Origin: Phoronis australis
Lineage: Eukaryota > Animalia > Phoronida
Length of the DNA stretch: 64,000 nt
Direction of reading: 5' to 3'
Assembly (NCBI GenBank): GCA_002633005.1
Contig: NMRA01000319.1
Coordinates: 351,546 to 415,545 of the forward strand
Shown here: one piece after another, positions 40,113 through 64,000 of the stretch
Position numbering within the stretch: the stretch's first letter is position 1
Layout of the letters: every line of letters begins with the position of its first letter
The notes under the pieces: model-generated
Told to the model about the DNA's origin: nothing
Databases searched by the model: none
What the model saw: only the letters and a program-made list of their open reading frames with translations
Program-made: the position numbers and the translations under genes

Positions 40113-40466
40113 CTTATCTGTGTTAGGAGGAAATATAGACCAGTTTAGAACAGTCAATGGTTCAAGTGAAACTATATTTTTAGCTTTTTGGCAGAATATT
40201 GGAACATAGCGACTTTTAAAAATTGGATAGTGTCATATTTACGTACATCATCTGAAAACGTATAATTTAACTCCTTTTTATAATGAGAAATTGACCCCGT
40301 ACACATTTGAATGTTGAAATGTTGTGTTGATATTTATTTTTGTATTTTACAAAAAAGTCAAGAGTGAATTCATTCTACTTTGTGTTTTTATGATCAGTGT
40401 GTTGTTCATCCTGGTTTAAACATTCCCCTTTAATTTTGTGACATATGTTCGTTTACTTATGTAAAC

Positions 40467-40472
40467 AATAAA
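40467..40472 (+). terminator. Probable CFAP54 poly(A) signal AATAAA (3'UTR about 1.4 kb)
   Basis: AATAAA where the + strand switches from T/G-rich to A/C-rich; a second AATAAA lies at 40505-40510. Confidence 0.55.
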
Positions 40473-40494
40473 ACATTTTCAGTTTCACATGTAT

Positions 40495-40500
40495 TTTATT
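40495..40500 (-). terminator. Probable FAM72 poly(A) signal (TTTATT on +; 3'UTR about 2.75 kb)
   Basis: AATAAA on - at the same strand-skew switch. Confidence 0.5.
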
Positions 40501-41943
40501 CAACAATAAATAATTAACAATTGTAAAGTACACATAGTATATACATCATAGTTCATCTATAATAACACATAAACTAATCAAAGACAAAATAAAAAAACAA
40601 CTGCCTGTCGGAACCATAGATAAATATCTAATTAATATATTTATTATCTACATAATATAAATTTGATGTGGATTAAGCACAAAATAGCCTCATACTAGAA
40701 TTTTTGACATTTTGCAAATGATTGTTTTTGTGTTGTTTTTGCCACTTAACACAGCTGTTGGATACATTAAAATTTTTGAAAGATATATTTTTAACATTTC
40801 TGTGCAAATTCAAAAACACTGGCCAGATAATCATGACTAATAAGTGAGACCACCATGTTCCAACTATCAAAACTCATCAATGTCCACTACAACCTCGGTG
40901 CATTTGCATAACTGTCACAAACAATAACATTAAATCAATCTCCAAGAATTCTTGTGATTAAGAATTAAATAATCTACAGTATAAATAACAATTTTACATT
41001 GACAACAGTGAAAGCCTTATATACATTGTGCACTGGAACTGTTTACCAGGAATACTCCCTCAAAAGAAGTACAGGAACGTGCCGCTCCTGAGGGTGATTT
41101 TTCCTTGCCAGTTTCTCTACAAAACGATATCTCTTCCGGCAAAATTACCAATGAAAGAATGCTTTAAATAACATTTTGACAGCCCATCACACAAAATTGG
41201 AATATTTTAAAAACAATTCCCACCAGCAGTTTGGGGAACAGTGAATAAAGCAAAGTATACGAAAGTTTCATCTGAATCTGATTAGCTACACCAGAGATAT
41301 GATGTTCCGAATTTGGCCAAATTTGGACACTTTTCTAGGGTTCCACATACCCTTAATGCAAGTCACTTAAAAATACGTGATGAAGCTTCCAGATTCAAAG
41401 CAGACAATAGTATCTTTAAATATTTCCACTTGTTACGATAACTGGATAACATTCAACCACGCTCAGCATAGAAAATGCAAATACTTTTATTTAGGCCAGC
41501 TCCACACGCGTTAGTTAATTTTAAATGATACTAACAATGTGTTTACCCTACCTAGAGAAGCACACATAGAATCGCATGCTTTCGTGCGTACCGTGTAAGC
41601 TGATTGCATCTAGCAACAGAGAATTTTCAGAGGCAAATAAAAATGTAGTGTTGCACTACGTGCAAAATCAGGCTAAGAAATAATGAAGACTAATGAAACC
41701 ATCTCAAATACATTTCACGAGAATAAATTACACGGCATTACAATGACTGTGAACGTCCAACTTTCAGGCAAAATGGTACACGCAAATTGTGAGTACAGTA
41801 AACTCCATAAGTATTCAGGCAAAGTGACCCAGAATTCCTGTCATGACGACTGGGAGGAAGCAGAATTTGTCGTCACAGAAGCATTCAGTCACGACCGAGA
41901 ATGATGAAGAGAATTAACAGGAAAGTGATGGCAAAGCCGCACT

Positions 41944-42051
41944 GTAATAGTCTGATGTAACGTGCCCGTATTTTGAGAACCAGTTTGATGCTCGTTATTC
42001 AGTGGAGAAAACTGGTTCTCAAAATGCGGGCACGTTACATCAGACTATTAC
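41944..42051. repeat. Near-perfect 108-nt hairpin (family C mini-MITE) in FAM72 3'UTR
   Basis: 43-bp arms with 1 mismatch, 22-nt loop; core ATTTTGAGAACCAGTTT..AAACTGGTTCTCAAAAT recurs near 6200, 51830, 55300, 55610, 56815. Confidence 0.9.
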
Positions 42052-42427
42052 CCATTTCGCAGTCATAATGGTTATTAATTTTTTCTGGTAACAGAATTAA
42101 TCGTCATGATCAGGAAACCGTATTTTGTCTGATCACTTTTGTCATGTACCATAACCCTCAAAGTACAGATGTTTTTGGATGCAGCGTCATATTCAGACAT
42201 TTCTAGCAACACTGGAAAATCCAATCTCAAGTCGAATGAAATATACCTCTGCACGAAGCACTTGAAAGTTGCAGCACAAGAAGCTGATAGCTCTGGTTTA
42301 ACAGTCTTTAGTTAAACAATATTAAACAACATGTTACAAGCAACTAAACATCATCTTTAATGTTTTGACAAAATAGCGTTAACAAAACTTGTCCAACTAT
42401 ATTTAAAAAGCACTTTTTAGCATACAA

Positions 42428-43066
42428 GGATTTGTTTCATGAAAAATGATTTGAGACTTAAGGTTAACTAGGATCTTAATAAACGACCTCAACTCTAAGT
42501 CACATATCAAAAAATTAACATGATTTCAGCCATTAAAGAATATATTTTCTGAAAGGAGAAAGATCAAGGATTCTTAATACATGCTTTTTACTACTGTGTC
42601 TTTATTGTCACGTGGCCACATTTTTTAAGTCAAATTTTCATGTGCAAGAAAGGTACATTTGAAGTAAAATATCCCCCAGGCAATTTTACTAAAAACTTTT
42701 TTTAGAAGAAAACTTTAAATTACGAGTCAAAACACTATTTTCCTTTCAGAAAATACATATTTTAATGGTTGACAAAGCATACTTTTTCGATATTTCACAT
42801 AGAGTTGAGATCATTTATTAAGGTCCTAGATGTCAGAAATTTGATCTTACGCTCCACGCAACTATTTATGAAAAATAACTAAATCTCACCCACAAAATAC
42901 AAAATCTGTGAGAATATATTTCGTGTTGCTGACCAGAGATAATGTGTATAAATTATTTCTAGGTTGTGATTTGCAAATGATTACAAGGCTTAACTCCAAT
43001 TCAGCTATTGTGAACTGGCAGCATAAGATCAGATTTTTGTGTACAGTCTTAAGTCTTATTTCATGT
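42428..43066. mobile_element. MITE family A copy interrupted by a nested MITE (about 42468-42829, about 95-bp TIRs), in FAM72 3'UTR
   Basis: Left TIR of A is split; the insert ends ctaggatcttaataaacgacctcaactct / agagttgagatcatttattaaggtcctag. Confidence 0.75.
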
Positions 43067-43232
43067 TGCATATTATTAACCTTGTAAACAAAATTTTCTG
43101 GTTTGCCCAGAATGCCATAAAAGCCCCAGTTTTATCCCAGCAACTTTTACCATAAATTCTTTGGTATTTTCGGGTCTCAAACCACTGGTGAAACCGACCA
43201 TACTGCGACTTGAAATCAATGCTGAATTGTGT

Positions 43233-55982
<12,750 letters not shown>

Positions 55983-56412
55983 TTTCCACTGTGTAGATGC
56001 AAGTTCAAATCAAAATAAATACTCAGACAGATACTTTTGATGTTCTTCTCACTGTTGAAGAAAAAATTAACAACTCTACTCTTCTGAACACTGAGTTGTG
56101 AAACAAAAAATATACAGGTAATCCATAAACTTTTGATGACGAGTCGTCTGATAGTGTTATGATCCGTCCAAGATTCAAATAAGACAGACTCTTTTATTGG
56201 TCCTTTGCAACATAACCTTCGATTTTATTGGTTGTTTTCTGTCCCTTTAAACTTGACGTCATTCCACTAGGAGTCGCCACTTTGCACTCCCAGAAATCAT
56301 TGCAGGTGCGCCATTTTCGTGACCTATTTTGGATGGAAAGGTGGAAAAGTATTGGATAAGGGCGAGAAAATAAACTCTTAGTCATTTGAATTCTAGAACT
56401 ATTGTCCATGCA
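55983..56412. promoter_or_regulatory. Bidirectional FAM72/SRGAP promoter region
   Basis: 430 bp between divergent ATGs; CHR-like ATTTGAAT (- 56173-56180; + 56384-56391), CCAAT boxes (ATTGG 56196, 56227, 56351), CRE TGACGTCA 56254-56261, YY1-like CGCCATTTT 56309-56317, E2F-like GGCGAGAAAA 56361-56370. Confidence 0.7.
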
Positions 56413-56479
56413 ATGGCCACCGAAAGGAGGCCCAAAAAAGAACGAGAGATTGTCTTTGAATTCGACACGAACATGAAAG
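56413..56479 (+). CDS. SRGAP: SLIT-ROBO Rho GTPase-activating protein (srGAP family) first coding exon, MATERRPKKEREIVFEFDTNMK(E/D); rest of gene beyond window
   Basis: gcaATGG start, 22 codons +1 nt, donor aag|gtaagc; ungapped match to recalled SRGAP2 MTSPAKFKKDKEIIAEYDTQVK|E; downstream + strand is T/G-rich like a transcribed intron; no exon 2 found to 64000. Confidence 0.78.
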
Positions 56480-58899
56480 GTAAGCTGTTTTACTTGAAAG
56501 AAAAGTTCCAAATCAACGCCAACCAGCCAGCGGGGATCTAACTCGACTGATAAGTGATAAATTATTATGGAATGAGTCGGCTTGGTTCTTCGTATTTTTT
56601 GTTGCAGTAGTTCCATTTTTCTTATTCTCTGATGTCATGTCAAGTTGTCAGTTTTGTCAAATTCATACAGAAATCAACAGTAGTGAACCCATGTATAATT
56701 ATCCCTGTTTGATTATTGATAAGAGGTCTTTATGTATTGTTTACAGTGTCATTTGTGTCTTCTTCTTTGAATGCAGGTCAAGGCAACAACCACTTTTAGT
56801 GCCTTGTTCCCTGATATTGAGAACCCTGATTTTCAAAATTTGAGAGTTACTGCAAAGCCTCTCTTTGGTATAACATCTGTGTCTGGTTGGGTGAAGGAAA
56901 CTGGTCCTCAAAATCAATGCCCACTGACTGTAAAAGTACGTTAATACGGTTAATAGTACTTCCCAGGTCAAGATTGATCAAGTTCGTGTATAAAATAACA
57001 TAATTAAATAATAAACTGTTTAAATTTACTTGCTTCATAATTCCGAAATAGATTTGTAGCCCAGTTTTGTGTCGTACTGTAACTGTCCGCCCGTGTCACA
57101 GAATACGAGGGTAGACTCAATGAGCTTAGCTACAAGTCAAGGATATGAGCTGAGAAGTGTCATTTATCTATAAATTATTTCCTTCAGTTTTGACTTACCA
57201 GTTCTAATTTCTTGCTACGTAGCTTTTGAGCTGCACTGTCGTTTGCCAGTTAAAGCTGATATGTAATTACATTCGGTGTAAGAGCCAAAAGTCAGTTGAT
57301 GGAGTTCCGTATTTTGGATAGTTTTTGTTTTATCTAGCCCATTTAGCTATTATCAGAGAATTGCAAAAGCTTTGCACATGTCAGCTTCAAATTCACGAAT
57401 TTGAATTTGATTCTCAAGTTGTATTATGTGAGATTTGAGGTACTCCCAGTAACTGATAATCCCAGTTCGTCTAGACCCGAAGATTAAGCTATGAATCAGC
57501 CTAAAAAAATCTTGTCTGGTGTGCAGCGTGTGGCAGACATTGAACTTTTCTGCTCATAAATGCATTCATTCTTTTAAGGACAGTTTAATGTTTTTGAACT
57601 TTCTTAACTCTGCACTAGCTATTTTGGCAATTATTTTTGTGTGAAATTGGTGAGATGTTACCATATGCTAATTCTTTACTTATTTAGCACACACTGGCTT
57701 GACACGTGAAAATTCATTTTATCACGTGTTTACTTTATTCATGTGACAAAACAGAACAGTTTTCTCAATAACAGAAAATTCAAACGCAACCGGAATCACA
57801 AAATGCATGTACCTGTTCGAAAGTGGTGTTCAATCTGCGGAGAGTTTGTCTCGGAATAAATGCATTGAACTCATTTTACCGGTGTCAAAAGTTCAAATGG
57901 CCTAATTTGGTTAAGAAATAAGTTATCTCTCGAAAGTTCAAGCTCTGTTGCACATGTTTTCAAATAAGCCAAACTCTTCAAGGTGAAGTCAAACTTGCTG
58001 TGGAGGAGTCAAACAGGTTGTTGTGGAGATCAATGACATTGCCACAGATGCTAAATTATAAAGTGTAGACTGAAATGAACCATTTGTGTTTACTTCAGCT
58101 GTAAATGAACCAAGCATTTTATGTCCTCTGGGCGTTAAGGTTAATTAAAGTCTCAAAATTGATATACCTTACTGGTTTTTGATCTGTTAAAGTCTTTGAA
58201 GCCCTTGTCTGCCTGGATCGACTTTCAAGCTAAAAAGTTGTACACGACCTGTTCATTGAATAATTAGTGCACACCCGATTTTGCTCTGAAGATGTCATAG
58301 AACTTTTGCATCTTTCTTAACACACTCTGGTATGTGTTTACAAAGTAGATACAAAATGGTGTTGGACTAATCTCAGTGTGTATACTGGGGCTTTGACATC
58401 TTGTTTTCGTATGGCAGCAATTTTACAAAATGGTGTCTGTGTGAGAAGTAGAATGCAATGATCCTGTTTCTCCTGTTTAGGAACTTCTTAACTCTACCTC
58501 AGTTATTAGTTGTGAAAGTTGTCAGTTTTGGTGCATTGTTAACTCATTTCTAGTGGTGCTTGATATGACTTTAAGCTCGTCTGTTTGAGGGGGGTGGGTG
58601 GCTCTTTTGACCTTTGCTTTGAATGGTAGAGTTCTCTGATGATAAGATGTGTTGTCACAGCTTTTTGTGTGGGTTGTTTGTGACTTTGTGTCTGCTGTAT
58701 TTGTACCTTGCATTGTTGGGTCACGTGACCGGCACCAGAGCAAACTTTGGCGGAATTATCTGTTTTTGAACTCCTCACATGTGTTTACGTCACTGTTATC
58801 GTATAATACGTTTGTATGAAAAATAAATTAATGTTAAAAGAATTTTTAAAAACTGTGAAGTGACTCGACACATTTCATCAAGTTAATATTTTTGAATAT

Positions 58900-60800
58900 T
58901 ATTTATGAATTTAGTTTGTAAGAGCCTGGTGCTATGATGGCAGTCTTTTGTCCCATGGTAATTCAATCCTTGGCACTTTCTGTGTCTAGTTTAATTGTTG
59001 AAAGCTGTTCAAACACAGAACAGAAATGGACACTTGGCTTTCCCCCAGACTTGTTGATTGTCAGCCAGCCTGCTGTCTGCTGCCATCCGTGGTGCTTAGA
59101 GTTACAGACACAGTTGTTTACATTGGTGCAACTGAGTAGGTGTTTTGTGGCAATCCATACCTTTCTTGTGTTTGAGAGTTTGGCCACTGGGACGCCTCCG
59201 CCCTGAATGTTCAAGGTTTGAAACACGTTTGGGGAATATCTTTGCTTAGAGAATATCTTTGCATGTATTTGCTGTATTTCAACCGAAGAGTTTAGCTTCT
59301 TTGTTAGAAGTGCATTGGTCCCATCCTAATCTTACTTCTTTCTATTACCTCTCCCACCCTAGACTATAACAGGAATCATATACTGTATATCTCAGTGCAT
59401 CAGTGTTTTGGATAGTGTAAGTTCAATCATTCAAGATTTCACTTCGATAAACAGGCAGTTAACAATTTTGGCTGCTTCTTGGTGGACATGAGGTCTATCA
59501 TAAGCTGCCCGCCTCTCTATCAAAGTTTTACCGTTACATACCATAACATTTTTTTTACCTTGGGTGTCATGTAAGAACCTTTCACACCAACATATACACG
59601 TCAATGTTTTTGGGAGTTACGGTCACGATTAACTTCTGAATCAGTCTTGGATTGACGTTAACAACAGTTAACTTTGCAGGAAATGGGTGTATTAATAGGG
59701 GAGCGTTGACATTGCGGTGTCGTATGAATGGTCAACTTCAGTCTCATCGTAGTTAGTGCTAGGGGCAGTGTTATGATCTTCAACATTTAACTGGTAGTGT
59801 CATCGCTAATATTTGGTAAATATTTTGCTTAAACAAACATCAATCAAATTAGAAACAAGTTTTTTATCATTTATTACATGTAAATATTCTCAACTGTAAT
59901 TAAAAATCTTAGCACGTTTGGGACAAAAACGAGATCTCTCAGGCTACTTGGCCAATATCACCCACCGTTTACTTTGATGCCAGTAACTACCGAAGCTGGT
60001 GTGAACGGTTCAACAAACTTGGCTGTTAACATTGACGTTTCGCTCATACCAGAGTTAAGTTAGTATGAAAGGGCCTAAGCTTGATAAATATTGTGTTTGG
60101 CATGAACCTCTGTCGTACTCACAAATATAATCACTGGTCTTGTTGCACAGTCTGTAAATTATTTCTTCTTGCAACTGTTGTAGAGCAGTATTACTGAATT
60201 GCCGTTCACACTATGAGTTACCCTAGAATAAGTTAACGCACTCCTGGAATGAGTTGTTGCTAGTAACAGTGTGGCTGTTACTAGCGCTGGGGAAACTTGA
60301 CAAGTGTGCGACAGCTTGGCCTACTTTATCAAGGTACGGTAACTTGGTCCATGGTAATTTGCCCCTGCGCAAGTCGTTGTGTGTATGCGGCAAACCTGGA
60401 GGTGAGGCGAAAGTAATTACTACCTGCATCCTTGCTCATTTGCATGGGGGTGTCAAATGCATGTTGCGCCTTATTTGTCGCAAGGTATAGGCACGTAGTG
60501 TGACTGCCGAAAATGAATTGCTCTGTGGCTGATTGCCCTGGAGTAAGTCATAGTGTGAACGTGGCTTAAGAACTGCTCTCCCTGTTGGTTCCATAAGTAG
60601 CTGCACAGCGAGGTGTGATCTGTGATTCAGCATCTACTGTCTTGCTTCCTGTGGGCTATATTTGCACTCTGCATCATTGATTTCTGGTGCATTCTTGCAA
60701 TAGTGGACTAGATCTAGATGTCTGGGTTATTCATGGGCCCCACAAAAATGCAGTCAAGGGTAGTGTTCTGGGGTACTTAATGTTAATCTAAAGTTCATCT
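58900..60800 (-). mobile_element. Highly decayed LINE remnant interrupted by MITEs
   Basis: - strand fragments NTTLDCIFVG and TDH/LAV (APE C-terminus-like, about 60600-60770) and LSKTLMH*DIQYMIPV (RT C-terminus-like, about 59370-59415). Confidence 0.35.
59575..60075. mobile_element. PIF/Harbinger (Tourist-like) MITE
   Basis: TAA|GAACCTTTCACACCA ... TAGTATGAAAGGGCC|TAA, consistent with a TAA TSD. Confidence 0.6.
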
Positions 60801-61893
60801 GATGCTTCTGAGGTCAGCTCATGGCTCACAGCATGATTATTGCTGGAAAAGTACTCTCTGTGAAGTGTAGAAGGCAGCGGCCATTTATCCTTGCTTTATG
60901 CTTCCTTTGATTTCGTTCCATCTCTTCTCTACCAATTACACGCCAGCGCAGTGAAATATGTCTAGTACCTTACATTACAGTTACCGGTATTGGTGGTTCT
61001 AGGCTAGAGTAGGTCTGGTTGGCAAGATGTCTATATATGTTGAGTGTCCGTACGTAAATGTCGGCTAACATATCAGCTACAGAATATTTACATCGTGCTC
61101 TTATCAGGCAGCACCAGCATCATGGGCTGGGACAGTCTTCAAGACTAACAGCGGTAGTCTTTCGATACTGACGGGGGATGAGGCTCGCAGCAGAAGGCCT
61201 GCGCAGCATCAAACATCTCCCCGCTACACTTCTGTCTTTCCGAGAAAGTACACTAGGGTTTCATTCGTTCTGCTCTTTCTTTTAGTCGTTCCATCTCTCT
61301 GCCTGCCGCTGTCCCTACCTTCCTCTGTCCGTGCCTCCCTACCCTAAATCTGTCCCATTCTAACCTTTTCCAAACCATCGCAAACTTTATGTACTGGGTG
61401 AAACATAATTTCTCCCAGGAAATTAAGTTGGTCCGTAATTGAAAACACGATTATTTGATTTTGTCATTATCAACACTCTGAGGAAGAAATTTATTTATGA
61501 GTAATGTAGTCAGACAAAGAATTTTTATTAATACTTTAATATCCTAGAAATTTGTGTGGACTGCAGGGTTTTCCTGTCCGAATTACGAAGTGAATATAGA
61601 CCTGCCTGACTAGAAACACTTACCGTAGTTTATGCACTGGGCATTTTATCAAACCACTGACCTAGTGATCTGCTATTGAATATCCATTTAGCTCATAGCG
61701 GATAGTAAAATTTTATTGATTTCTGCATCCTAACTATGATAACTATTTTGTGTGTTAAATAAATGAAGATTTATCAACTATCTTTCTAACTGTCTATTTC
61801 TCAGTGCATCAAATAGCATGTCTTTAAATCATTGACCATATAAGGAACTACATAAGTTTGTCGTGATCTTCATAGAATGCAGGAATGAGGAAG

Positions 61894-62265
61894 TTATGAT
61901 ACTCTGATTTGCAACTTTAGTCCTTTACAAAATTGAAAACAATTTGCTGTTGCCTGAAGCAAAATGATGCAATTTACGGGGCTGTACATGCAACTGGTTG
62001 TCCTGGGCTTATAAGACTTTGGGTCTGTTGTGAAGCATGAATTATGTTCATTTGATATTTGTGACAGCCTCTTATAGAGGTCAAGTCCTTGTTGTATAAG
62101 AACATCTTCCAATGTCATGATGTTCTTGTGCAGGGTTCTCCACTCTGGAAAATTCCAACAGGAATTAAAAACTGGCGAAAGTTTTGAAAATCTAAGTCGA
62201 TATTCATCTTCAAATATTAACGTCGAACATGCACCTGAATTTAATACAATTGAAGGTAGTACCAT
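61894..62265 (-). mobile_element. Possible decayed CR1/L2-type LINE ORF2 3' fragment
   Basis: LHKNIMTLEDVLIQQGLDLYK..KSYKPRTTS loosely resembles the LINE C-terminal 'LNILTL..MYK..HSYNTR' region. Confidence 0.3.
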
Positions 62266-62593
62266 AATTCTTCATTTATGTAGTACACAGTTTGGTTGGC
62301 AGGTGAAATGTTATTTAATTTGTTAAGTTTCTCTACAAAATATAAAGAAAGTTTTACTCAATTACTAGCAGGGTTTGTGCTGTGTAGTTGCTGTAAAACA
62401 TCTTCGGTAGATTTTCCATGATTTGTAGTAAAGCAATCAATCTTTGAAAAATGGAGAATGACGATTTTGGTGATTATTTTATGCAAAACAAGTGAAGACT
62501 TTGCATGCAAAGCCTGGGTAACAGTACACTGAAGTGCCAAAACACTCAAAATGTTTTAATTGGAGGATGAAATGATTAACCTCATCAGTTCTA

Positions 62594-63104
62594 TAGGGCT
62601 TGGAATTTTCTGCGGAAACGCGAATTTCCGCTTTTTTCAAATGTTCTTTCCGCGCATTTTATTATATTTCCGCGTTAAAAAAATCGGATTTGATATAAAA
62701 TTTCCGCGGCAAATTCCTTTCTTACCGCGGCGTTGCAGACGACGTTCACCTCGAAAAGCGGAAGTTGCTCTTTATGTTTCGGAGGAACGTAAATTGTCAA
62801 CATTGCCGGGGCATCTGGGATAGCGTGGTGGGATTTTCAATGGCGTCTCGTGTTATTGTAAACCGCGGCGACAAATACTACGGCTCTGCAGCCAAAAGTG
62901 TGTGGATTGGGAGTGGACAAGCGACCTAAAAGGACGCAGACGCATGCTACTGATGGTGGTAACGTTTTTTTTTTAAATTTTTTTTTTAGTCCTCCCGATT
63001 TTTGTCGGGGAAAGATTCACATCGACCATTTCAAGGCTGGGTAGCACGCGTGATTTGGGCGTAAAAGTTTCCGCGTTTTTTGTCATTGGTCATTCCAAGC
63101 CCTG
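62594..63104. mobile_element. hAT-like non-autonomous element, CpG-rich
   Basis: TIR (T/C)AGGGCTTGGAAT / ATTCCAAGCCCTG; GTTCTA on both flanks (partial TSD). Confidence 0.75.
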
Positions 63105-64000
63105 GTTCTAACTCAGCGGCATTGTTTTTCAAACTCAATGCCAGTGTGCCTGACCTACCATGGCAAAATCCCAACTCTTCACTTGAGTTGTAGAGAACCC
63201 CTACAGAGTGTCGCCATGGTGCACTTTTCAGGCCAAAGAGTGTAATCCAGCCTTAGTAGTTGTTTATGGATGAGAAGGCTTTTGTATACAAAATCTTGAA
63301 ATTCTCCTGAGTGGTTGTGAGTTTTGGAGTGTCTGCCTGGAATATTTGTGCTTTGTTTGTCTGAGCATTTGATATGAAACTTAAAATATATTTAAGAGCC
63401 CAAGTTTCCCCTTCGTTGTTTGTACTTGACGTGATATACGTATATAAGTTCTTTTTGTTGGCCTTTGGTATTCTCTTTGCCTGTTCTATATTTTATCGTT
63501 TTGGAAACAAGTTTCAACATTTGCGTTGGATGCTTCTTGTCACAAGTATTGCAACGTTTTATAGTGCAATATGGCGGACAAGTGAAATAAAACTTCATAT
63601 TTTTTTACAAAAGATTATGTAGCACCAAATGAACTTCTTCCCATATTCAGCTCTAAAACCATAGCTACCAATGGATTATATTTTGGTAGATTGTGAACAT
63701 TCACAATTTTGAAACCCTTTGAAAAAGGAAGAAAGAAAAATTTCGGCAATTATTTGGTGAGGTATTACCAACCACTTGTCTGGTTTAATGCTCGTACTAA
63801 GCTTGATGTCCAGGCCCAAAATTTCCAAGTTTTCGCTTTTTGTTGCATACGCTTGGCTTGCTCAGCCCCTTCCAATTTATATAACTTAACGTTCCTAAGA
63901 GGTGTCTATATCTTTTTCAATGCCCCTCTCATCCGAATTTTTTCTCCCGAAAAGTACGCTGCTGGCTAACCTTAGTCTAACAATCAGTGAGCTTCAGCAG

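Noticed and set aside
56194-56616. 140-aa ORF on - across the promoter
   Set aside because: Non-ATG start, antisense to the srGAP exon, no recognisable similarity.
56777-56935. srGAP exon 2 candidate after tgcag|
   Set aside because: Stop after 7 codons in the required phase, no F-BAR similarity, overlaps a family C repeat.
57983-58016. srGAP exon 2 candidate GEVKLAVEESNR
   Set aside because: Weak AAG acceptor and no match to the expected EIRxQLxEQ motif.

Overview
AT-rich, intron-rich, transposon-littered genomic DNA from a metazoan, most likely a non-vertebrate (the proteins are too divergent for a vertebrate; the taxon cannot be fixed from sequence alone). Three genes were reconstructed by hand. 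(1) The 3' part of CFAP54 on + (35 exons incl. one candidate 27-nt microexon, 220..39094, 1928 aa in window, all splice phases compatible). (2) A complete 4-exon FAM72 on - (55982..43233, 150 aa, one GC-AG intron), convergent with CFAP54; the two appear to end at adjacent poly(A) signals near 40.5 kb. (3) The 67-nt first coding exon of an SRGAP-family gene on + (56413..56479), missing from the ORF track and head-to-head with FAM72 with 430 bp between the ATGs. The best finding is this FAM72<->SRGAP divergent pair, mainly known from vertebrates (SRGAP2-FAM72), here with a compact promoter carrying CHR/CCAAT/CRE/YY1/E2F-like motifs. Introns and UTRs hold several MITE families, SINE heads, LINE remnants and an 843-N gap. 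Gene names rest on recalled similarity to human proteins, not on a database search.
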